DNA of 64,000 nt from Marsupella aquatica (lineage: Eukaryota; Plantae; Marchantiophyta): contig OZ316892.1 of the NCBI GenBank assembly GCA_973895155.1, forward strand, positions 2,421,223-2,485,222, read 5' to 3'. Positions 53,718-64,000 of this stretch are shown here, in pieces. Under the pieces are notes generated by a model. It searched no databases. It was not told the DNA's origin and saw only the letters and a program-made list of their open reading frames with translations. Each line of letters starts with the position of its first letter. The stretch's first letter is position 1. A program made the position numbers and the translations under genes.

Positions 53718-53745
53718 GGAGGAGGAGGAGGAGGAGGAGGAGGAG
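53718..53745. repeat. (GGA)n microsatellite in the invertase 5' leader
   Basis: ggaggaggaggaggaggaggaggaggag. Confidence 0.9.
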
Positions 53746-53819
53746 CCGGAGTTCAGGTCAAGAGCGTGTGTAGTAATACCCTGCCATGCACCTTTCCTTC
53801 TTCTTCACCCTTTGCCACC

Positions 53820-56800
53820 ATGAACGCTCTCTGTGAACGCTCGCTCGGAAACGCTACATGTTTTCGAGGGGAAGTCCCGTGTGCAGCGTTCCATTGTCGA
53901 GCCTCACCCGATGCGACTTTGCGGAGTAGCGGTCCCTCTGGAGTCCGTGGCGCATTCGTGGACATTGCTCGCGTTCGGAGTTACCACCATCTCTCCAGTG
54001 TCTTTCAGGTTGCGTCGAATGTGAATTTTACTTCGGGGGAGCACAATTCAGAGTTCACCGCCTCTCGCAAGTTTGGAAAGGGGAGATGGTCAATAGTTAC
54101 GGTAAATGCGGAGGCTCAGCACCCGAATCTGGCTCAGGATTTTGCAGCGGAAACTGATGCTCCAGCTCGTTCGAATGTCTCTAGCAGTGATACGACTACC
54201 GACAACGAGAGTAATGGTTCAGTTTTTTCGCCTCAGGAGAGCGTGAGGCAGCAGCATGTTTTCGTCCAACCGAACGGAGTTCCTCCATTCTCGGCCAAGG
54301 AATTTGAGAGTGATTTGGAAATCGAGGCATGGGAGCTCTTGCGATCCTCCGTAGTAAACTACGGTGGGGTTCCCGTGGGCACAATTGCTGCCCAAGATCC
54401 CACGACTACTAACGCCTTGAATTACGATCAAGTGTTCATTCGTGATTTCATCCCTTCTGCCATCGCTTTCTTGCTCAAAGGAGAATCTGAGATCGTACGC
54501 AATTTTCTACTCAACGTTCTGCGGCTACAGGTGACCTCGGATTGCCTTTCGTATCCCATCAAGGTTTTGTGTGCTCGAGAGCTGGCAGTAGGTTTAGGAC
54601 GAAAGAAGTGGTTGCAGGATCGAAGACGAAAGAAGTCGGCCGACCTCTGCAGGATTCCTGTCTATGTTGTCGTTTGAGTAGCCGTTTGGGATCCGTTTTA
54701 CCAATTGCTCTTCACTGAGATGTGTCCTCCTCGTAGTCTTTTGTTTTGATGTATTTCCAGCGTGATTCTTGGTGTCCGTTCTTGAGACAATGTGTTCCTC
54801 GTTGCTTTAATGTGGCTCGAAATCTGTTATGGTTGCCAAAGATAGGTTTTTTGCCTGGGTCTCTTTCTTCGTATTTTGGCCCTGCTCACGGATACTAATT
54901 CGATACCCGGTCTCCCGATTGTGCTGACTTTATCAACCCAACTTGTGAAATTGCAGAGCTGGGAGAAGACAGTAGACTGTTACGATCCTGGGCAGGGTCT
55001 AATGCCTGTCAGCTTCAAGCTGCGCACAGTTCCTGTCGAGGGAGAAGATGAGAATGCTACGGAGGAAATCCTAGATCCGGATTTTGGCGAAGCGGCGATT
55101 GGTCGAGTTGCCCCTGTCGATTCCGGTGAGCTCAACCTGGAAGTTGAAGCTATTTTCGTTCCTTCTTTGCCGTCGGCCACTCTTGGTCGTTTCTTGTTAA
55201 CGCTGAATATCTGAGTAATTTACTTAGGTCAATTGCCTGCCGACACTGAAATGTGGCCGTTATTCCTGTTCCCCTATCTAGGGAGGCCAATTTAAGTCGA
55301 TTTCGAAGCATTATCGATCTGGAATTGCAGGATTAACAAGTTCTGTGCTCATTGAGCAGGTCTTTGGTGGATTATTCTATTGAGAGCCTACGGGAAGTGT
55401 ACTGGAGATACTTCGCTTCAACAAAGGCTTGAAGTACAAACGGGGATAAAAATGATTCTAAAGTTATGTTTGGCTGACGGATTCGATATGTTCCCCACAC
55501 TGCTGGTGACAGATGGCTCGTGCATGATTGATCGCCGGATGGGCATCCACGGTCACCCTCTTGAGATACAGGTAATTGAGTTTTCTACGAAAGCGTCTAG
55601 GATTTACTTCTCCATGTAGTCTTGGAAATTGTACAGTGTAGGATTTCCCTTTGTTTGCTGGGTCTGGAGGTTGTGCTCCTACACATACTTGGTCGAGTAC
55701 TCCCGTTCTCGGTCCATTTGGGGATCTGTGGACTTTTCTTTCAGTTAATTCATTCATTCATCTCTTGCTCTGATGTGCAGGCATTGTTCTATTCAGCTCT
55801 TCGTTGTGCGCGAGAAATGCTAATCGATGAAGATACAGGACTTGCCAGAAATATAAATAGCAGGCTCAGTGCTCTTCTTTTTCACGTTCGGGAGTACTAC
55901 TGGCTGGATATGAAAAAATTGAATGAAATCTACAGGTATCAAACGGAGGAGTATTCGTATGATGCCGTGAACAAATTCAACATCTACCCTGATCAGATCC
56001 CTGGTTGGCTACTTGACTGGATACCAGACCAGGGCGGTTATCTGATAGGCAATCTTCAACCCGCTCACATGGACTTTCGTATCTTCTCCCTAGGCAATCT
56101 TTGGTCTGTGGTGGGCTCACTTGCGAGCCCGCGACAGTCAGACGCCATTCTTGACCTGATCGAGGCGAGATGGAAGGATTTCGTCGGGAATATGCCTTTC
56201 AAGATCGCCTTCCCTGCCCTCGAGCTCGAGGAGTGGCGTATAATCACTGGAGCTGATCCCAAGAATACGTAAGCTCTAATCTTACCAAGCAGTGGGCCGA
56301 AATGCTGATCATGTTCAATATCCGACTTTAGGTCCGAATGCAGAGAAATGAGTTGGTCATGTATTACCATTGTTGTTTAGAGTCGATGACACATTCTTGG
56401 ATTGATTTCTCCATTCGCAATTGGCACTGGACATGAGGCCAGAACATTCTTCTCCAGAAGCAGTCTCATTTCTGAACTTGCAACTAATTTTACCACCGTG
56501 TTCGTGCTGTTTCCTGCAGGGCCTGGTCTTATCATAATTCAGGATCTTGGCCTGTTCTTCTTTGGCAAGTAAGTTCTCTTCAATCGCTCAATGGAATTAC
56601 TTTCTTTCAAGTTTACTAGTTGCAATTCTGTGGACATGACGTTAAAGCGAAAATAGTGGCTTCATTTCAAAAGACATCCTCACTCTATATCATAAATGGG
56701 AGTACTCCGCATTTTGTGGCTACCTCCCGATACTCTGGATCTGCGTTTCTTAATATTCAAACCTCAGAAGGTGGAGTATGGGACAGTGATTGAAATTCTT

Positions 56801-57234
56801 AGTCGCTGTTTTCAGTCAATACCCATTAAGCTTTACAAATGATGAATTTAAGTAGTAACATTTGGATGGGATTTCTATGAAATGTCTCTCTTTCAGCTAA
56901 CCTAATATGTTTCCTGCAGTTCACTGTTGCTTGCATCAAAATGGGGAGAGAGGATCTTGCTCAAAGAGCGATAGAAGTGGCCGAACAGAGGTTGTCCAGC
57001 GACCGTTGGCCTGAGTATTACGACACGCGCTTTGGCAGACTTATCGGCAAGCAAGCTCGTCTTCATCAGACCTGGACCATCGCTGGTTTCCTTGTGGCAA
57101 AAATGCTGCTGAAGAATCCAGAGGCCGCCAACATGTTGATGTGTGAGGAGGACCCAAATCTGCTTCTTGTAGGTGCAACCTCGCTTGAGCAAAATCCGAG
57201 GAAGTGGCGAGGCAAAAAGAGAGAACTTGTGTAA
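53820..57234 (+). CDS. Alkaline/neutral invertase, organellar (alpha) group, GH100; exons 53820-54530, 54957-55125, 55360-55571, 55781-56268, 56520-56568, 56920-57234
   Basis: GCCACCATG context; N-terminal transit-like extension; [25 protein letters not shown] (catalytic Asp), [33 protein letters not shown] (catalytic Glu). Confidence 0.95.
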
Positions 57235-58985
57235 ATAGTGTAGCTGTTAATTGAATTCTTTTCTGAGACAGAGACCTCCATCGACAATTGGAGGTCCAAT
57301 TTTTCTCCCTCAGCTTTTAGTCAGACAAGGGAGGTGGGAGCAACATCAACCTGATGGCGAGCACCCAGGTTACCCATATTATTGCTCACAGAAACCGAGG
57401 AAGGTGAATTAAAAACGATTTTTTGCCCCTGCTGAAGATATCTCGAACGGTAGATGGCGGCGTCACTCAGCACTGCTTCATCGAGACAGGGAACAGACCT
57501 GTTGAGGTCAGAGCAACTCGTTCTTCGCTGCTGCCTCTGAACATTGAAGGTTTCGCGGAGATAGTAAAGGACAATCACTGTTCCCTTGAGGGAAAAGTTA
57601 ACATTGTAGCTCATTAATCTCAGCCATCCTGGCTATGAATGGCCAAAAAAATGACATTCAGGAGAATGGCTGAGATTCTGAAAATGGTAGCTTCATATTC
57701 AAACTGTATCTACATGTATCACATTCAATTAAATTTTTTTCGGAGGAAATACTACAAAAGCAACCTCTTTCGACATGTATTACCATCGGAGGCTGTTCAG
57801 GACGACTCCCATTGTCTCAAATACCCAGTATCCCTCAACTGTGTGAACAGAACTGTCTTTGTTTTGTGGATATATTCGTGTGTATATTTCACTAACATTC
57901 ATGTATAGAAATTTCACCGAAGGGTCATATGTTTGAATTGCGCGCAAATTTAGGCAAGAAGCTGACCTTGTGAAAGTTTCCGTTCACCACTTGATTCAAT
58001 CTTTTCTGCAGATTTTTAGGGTTACGTTTGAGTGGTTCAACTTTCCCGGCAGAGTCTCAGTATCGAAATGGCTTGCCTGAGACGTCCAACACCATCCTCT
58101 TTCCGTTCGAACTGTGGGTGAAATTGTTCCACAGATATTTCAAGCTTTTGTGGAAAAGAAGCACCATACTGCTGGCTCATTTACCTAATCCATTGCATGG
58201 GCCAATTCTTCAAAGACATGCGGCTTTAATCCACACCAAAACAAAATGTTGAGCACAGACTCAGACTGTAGAAAACATCAGCACGTACAATATACAAAGA
58301 ATTGTGAGCACATCATCAGCAAAATTCCAGATTGTATGTACAATATAGAAATAATTCTTTTCAGCACTTCCATCGCAAGGCTTTCCTAGTGACTGGACAC
58401 ATTTCACCACCTTGGGAGAGTTTCCCTCCGTGGAGCCGTGGAGAAGAGTCTTTGTCCTCTTTGTTACTGAAAAGAGTTTTATTTTATGCCATTGAGCTCG
58501 TTGATTATATTTGCTAAATGAATCTCTAAAGAATGATCCAAAGCATTAGAGAATCCAGGTAACACATCTCAAGAGTCGAAATGATCTTGAACCTTATAAA
58601 GAAAGGACACTGTCCATGGCATTCCATTCTGAAGTTATCACATTTAGTTAATCACGGCTCTCTGGTCATGATAAGGAACACAACTGAAAACCTCCTCAAC
58701 TATGTATAGAGAACGATTCCAGTGGCACACCTGTCTGACCATTTATGACGTGTAGTCATTACAAACCCTTACTGTATACTGGGCCATCCCAAGAACAAAA
58801 CTGCTTATCATGCACCAATGTAGCTGTACAAAAACTGATTGCACTCTATAGTCAATTCAACCGCACACTCTCTGACGCACTCTAAATATGTCACCCTAAA
58901 GTTTTCCAATAGTAAATGACTTGCACTTAAAAGAGAGCAAATATTCGAACTGAATTCCGCGATCCCAGAAAGGGACCTTTTGTGC

Positions 58986-61063
58986 TCAACCCAGGAAGTT
59001 CATTATCACCAAATGGAGGACACAATTACAAAGTACAAAGTCTGCAAAGGCCCTTGCGGGTGCAAGATCCTGCCAACAACAAGCAGAACCACCCATGAGT
59101 GCAGCGTAAAGTCTACAAAAAGTTCAAACAAGTGATCAGAATTCAGTCTTGTTAAGAGTACTGGAAGTATTGCACGCTCTGATGTATAGGAAGTCCAGAT
59201 TAGTCATTTACTATTGACCAGTAACATACACTATGTTAAGGAACAAGGTTCTCTTCTTAGTGCAGGAGATGCCACTCTCCTCAGACATGAAAAGCAGCAA
59301 AACTAACACCAATGACTCGAGGGAATCAGAGTCCAGTACAGGACAAAGAATCGTTACCTTGAACTCTTTGTTTTCCTTGTTCACTTGCATTCGCAGACAG
59401 ACTGTAACAGACAGCAAAACCAGAATAGCATTTCAGAAAAGAATACCCGGAGAACCAGAACAACGCAGAGAAGCAAGCGGCACAGGAAGGCTTAAAATCA
59501 TTTAAGAGTAGATATTAGATAAGATGACAGACTCTAGAACTGACCACCAATCAACTACAGGAGAATCTCCGCAAGTCACTATCCGTACACACTGTCGAAA
59601 GATAAGGGTGTTCGGAAGAGAAATTCATAGCGCACCTGCAAGAACAGCGGTTCCGACGCAGGAGAACACTCCAGATAGGAACGCATTGAAGGGAAATGAT
59701 CCCACAAGGGTCATATACACTACCTGCAGTCAGCACCACTTTCATCAAGATCAAAGAAGAACATGAAATTTCAGGTCTAGGTAAAGTTTGAGTTATAAGT
59801 TTTATGCGGCGTCTTTCTGGAAACTTGTATTGCGTTGGGGAATTCCCGCTCAGCTCCAATTGAAAGCCCACCCTCAACTGAAACCCGCTGATTTGAAGGT
59901 ATCAAATGGTAGGCATGGAGCTGGCATGACAAGCACGTTCACAGTACGCTGGTTCTTTGGAGTGGACTCATAGTCATCACTAAACGCAAGTGAAAGGCCG
60001 GCAAGCAAATGACGAAACAGCAACTATTATTTGAAAGACACCTCATGTACAGGATCTTGATTCCTTTAAGAAAGCGCATACTCCAAGAAAATGCCAGTAT
60101 ATCAGCAATGCAGGAAACCTAGAGCTGCTTCCGAATGATACAAGAACCACTATCCAGATGAGACTCTGTATACAGGCCAATGGCTCCTTTTAGAATGAGC
60201 ATGGTCAATACTGAACGCAAGTTAACGAGAAAGGCAGGACGAAAATTAACTCCCCGCCGGCTAGCGCGTGACCCAAGAACTATCTTCTAAGGATGACAGT
60301 TTGTGTACAATGCGCTGCCTCCTTTTAAAGTACACATACTCATCATCAGTCACCAAAAGCCAATGCGAGCAATAACAGAAATGCAACACTTACCTGCACA
60401 AGTGCAGTGACAAGCGCGAAGGCGACATAGAGGTCAATGATCTGTTCATCACACACAAAGAGGACCAAGGCTTTCATTATTCACAACCCATGACCTAACC
60501 TCACATAGTGAACACACGGAATGAGACTCGGAAAGGATCGCAAACATCGTCTTGCCGTTCCGAACTGACCAAAAAACCCTCAGTAATGAAAATCGGGACG
60601 GAATTCAAACATCATCGTGCCGTCCGCCACTAGCAAAGAATACGAGCTATTCAGATCTCCCTTGATCGCACTGATCCTCCATCAACTGCTTTTCACTTCT
60701 ACTCGCGGCGCAGCCGGCATTTGCTATCGCCTAGGAAGAGAAGGAAACAGATGCACCTCTGAACTCTTACGACATAACCGAAAACAAGGATTGATCGCAA
60801 CGATCAGATACTGAGACACGACATACAGATCTGCATTGATCGGATGAATTTCTTTCCAAATTCGTCTCGCTTCTACCCTCTCGTTCATTCACCAAAGACA
60901 GAGAAGCTTTTGAGCAGAGACGAAGACTCAGCTCGAGGAAAACGCACCAAAAGCGAGTAGAAAACGAAAAACATACCTTCAGTTTCAGCGGCGTCGCTCC
61001 ATACGCCGACCGCAGCGACACTACCAAAGCTTTGACGTCGCTCGCTGTGCTGCTCGTCCCCAT
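58986..61063 (-). CDS. DAD1: Oligosaccharyltransferase subunit DAD1/OST2, 116 aa; exons 61063-60977, 60441-60394, 59723-59636, 59401-59358, 59069-58986
   Basis: [14 protein letters not shown]|[16 protein letters not shown]|[29 protein letters not shown]|[15 protein letters not shown]|[27 protein letters not shown]; all introns GT-AG and in frame. Confidence 0.96.
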
Positions 61064-62984
61064 TGTCGCAGCTACTCGTCAAAAGTCGATTCTACGTTCT
61101 TCCTTCTCGTCGTGTTCTCTCGTGTTCTCTCTCGTGTTTTCTCGTGTTTTCTCTTCAGGAAATGTCGACCTCGAGGATTTCGTTCGGCAGACTTCACACA
61201 GACCATTTGAGGATGACCTCTTACTGCCGGTTCATGACCGGTACGCCGGTCTCGCGAGAGAAGCCGAATAATGGATGACCGGCTACAGCCCGTAGCCGGT
61301 TGGCAAGCTTCTTCTGTGGCGCAACTGGCTCCAGTTCATGACCCCCTGCTGCCGGTTGATGACCGTCAGCTACCGGTGTGCCGGTGTGCCGGCCAGAGTT
61401 GGTTTTGCCGAGGTGGGTGCCTCTGAACAAAGCAAGAATTATTAGGGGACTCAAATATAGCCCCCAGGGTGTCTTAGAGTGTGTCTAGGTTGGGCAGGGA
61501 ACGGCCTAAAAGTGTGTGGCAGAGCCACTGCCTAGCCCGCACACTCAAGTCGCGGAGGTCTACAAGTGTGCCAGTGCCTAGCTCACACACTCAAGTCGCG
61601 GACTTATTTTTCCAGATGGCCAGTTCCCCCCATCATAGCCTGGCTGTTGAGAGACTGAAAAAAAAAAAAAAAAAACTCAAAATATATCTAAGTCATCAAC
61701 AGGTCACGTCAGGGGCAGAGGCCCTAACCTGCATAGTCCCATACTAGTTATAATTCCTGAAACGCCAAAATAGTATTCTCCTGGTTTTGTTTCTTAATCT
61801 AAAAAATAATGTATGCATAGACAAGTTAATGAAGGTGCCTAGAGTATTATTAGGACTCAGAAACAAAATTGCTCTTGTCCATCCAGGCATCACATCAAAC
61901 TTTTGTATCCATCTAAGGTTTCACTTCCGCTTTCTAATCCTTACACATTTTATTTTTTTGTAAATGAGATGTTTTTTCTATCTACAAAAATAAATAGTTG
62001 TTTGTGTCTCTACCACCCTAACTGCAGCACCCTTGACGTTAGTGTAGTATTGTACTAAGGACATAAATCAGCATTTAATGTCCAAAACTCGGTATTCGAT
62101 CCCATGGAAGAACAAGAAAGGAATGATTTTCTATCGTTTAACACTTATGAATGACTAAGGTCACAAAAAACACAGGTTTGAGCCTTTTACTATGATTGCT
62201 CAGCAAGGCATAGATTTGAATGTTTGCTTAACATTGTAAATGCAATTAATAAAATGGAAACAAATAACAAAACACAATGAAATCTTGAGGTATGATGAGG
62301 GAGTCTGAAAAACACCAAGGTAACTTCTCATCAATACTTCATTTGATGTGATTTGGGTGATATATCCGTAAGAACATTTTTGGAATGGATTACTGTACTA
62401 GGATGATTACTAAAATGCCGTCAACACGTCTCAACTTTTTCTTCCAAAGGTACTCAGAAGAAACTAGTAATCAATCTCTTCGATATCCAGTCGGTACTCT
62501 GAGTCACGAATAATAAACACCATCATGATCAAATTGAAGTCATAGGTAATTGGTGAGTAACAATCTTTGCATCCTATACACAAGCAATGTCACGCCAAAA
62601 ATTATGCATCAAGAACTCAAGAAGATGGGTTGTCACCACTTAAGGAATCTATTCCCTCATACTTTTGAGATTCAATTTCATACAAGTAATTTTACTTCAA
62701 TGATCTAAACTCTCAATCATTCAGACCAAGGAAGGGAGAAGAATTCCTTTGTATTTGCAAGCTCCATACCATACGAAAACACACGGAAGCTTTGCAAAGG
62801 TGATTATAGTACTGCAGCACATGTCACAGGCACTACTTTATTTCTTCACACTTGAAAATGACACAAATTCTACTTCATATAGGCTAGCAGGAACCCAAGG
62901 AGACTGAGATACTGAAAGGACATGCCCTTTCATATCTAAAGGATCTTGAATAAACTTAATGACGGTCATCCTTGAAAAGTGAAT

Positions 62985-63742
62985 GGACACTGTTGAAAGT
63001 GTCAAAAATGCAGGGGACGCTTCAGAAAGCGTCGAGGTTTGAGCGGACGCTTTGCAAAGCGTCGGTGTTTGCGGTAAAACTAATAAACAGTGATTTTAAT
63101 CTAATTTTTACTTCTAAACTAAGAGTCGGAATGAGTTGAAACTTTTCTAGGGTACTCTACTACATATAGTCTATATGCTGGAAAAGTTTCAGACTTTTCT
63201 GAGACTTCTAAGTGCCTCAAATAAATCGATAAAAGTGGCGCAGTGTTATAAAAGTGCGAAAACTGAAAAAATTTCTAAGTGTCGGGAACATAGTGGACGC
63301 TTCAGAAAGCGTCCAAAACTACAAAGGACTTTTATGGACGCTTCAGAAAGCGTCGGCTGAATTTCGAGGTTTTGGTCGCAGCGTCCATTTTCTGGGCTCC
63401 GGGCGAGACGCTTCAGTGGGCGTCACAGTGTCGAGGTCACCTTCGGGGCAGCAGACGCTTCTGTGGGCGTAGCTCCTCATGTGGATTGCAGAGCGTCGGA
63501 GTACAACTGGTTGGGTGGTGGACGCTTCAGAAAGCGTCGTGGTCTTTGGGTGGACGCTTCTCAAAGCGTCCAAAAATACAAGGGACGCTTCACAAAGCGT
63601 CGGCGAAGTCGCGGCTATGCAAAAAACAGCAAAACTAAATTAATTCTAACTTTCAAACCACATGTCGGTTTGAGATGAAACTTGCAGGGATGATTCTACT
63701 ACGCAACTACTACCTCCTGAAAAAGTATGAGACTTTTCTGAC
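62985..63742. repeat. Array of 18-bp palindromes GACGCTT-N4-AAGCGTC within a higher-order ~540-570-bp duplication
   Basis: Copies at 63016, 63046, 63296, 63337, 63407, 63454, 63521, 63553 and 63584; degenerate copies at ~62986 and ~63485. Confidence 0.85.
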
Positions 63743-64000
63743 CATGATAGCTATTTAACTAAAATAGCAGAGATCGGCTGATTGTGATAATTGTATACAG
63801 AGCTCATTCTTGTTGAAAAAGTGTTTTGGAGGCCGGTTCTTGAATCTTCTAGTCTGCATTGCTTCTCCAATGATGTCCAGTCTTCTTTCTTGGTAGCATG
63901 TAAAGAGCAAGGATTTATATTGGCGATCCTTGTCCAATAGAGGCAATAGCCTCCGATGAAGCATAACATTAGGTAAAGTGTTCGGTTGATCTAAATTGCT

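Noticed and set aside
62985-63742. True CRISPR array
   Set aside because: Eukaryotic context, repeats only 18 bp, irregular and partly duplicated spacers, no cas genes.

Overview
Eukaryotic land-plant nuclear DNA with GT-AG spliceosomal introns, probably a bryophyte such as a liverwort or moss (inferred, e.g. from the '[12 protein letters not shown]' form of the TPT motif). Recognisable intact genes: splicing factor SLU7, intronless SWC6/SEF (zf-HIT), an intronless plastid triose-phosphate translocator, two tandem At4g08455-like zinc-finger/BTB genes plus a deleted third copy, a 16-exon sterol-glucosyltransferase-like gene, a SprT/Spartan-like metalloprotease, a coiled-coil RING ORF, an organellar alkaline/neutral invertase and DAD1/OST2. 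Between them lie a frameshifted alkenal-reductase pseudogene, a 5'-truncated LINE, MITE-like inverted-repeat elements, telomere-type repeats and many short tandem duplications. I cannot show a wholly new biological system from sequence alone. The best leads are a BTB array whose N-terminal zinc-finger loop differs in each copy, a CRISPR-looking array of 18-bp palindromes at ~63 kb, and duplicated 5' leaders on two intronless genes (a self-mimicking uORF for SWC6, twin first exons for TPT). Exon boundaries were read by eye and could be off by a few bases.
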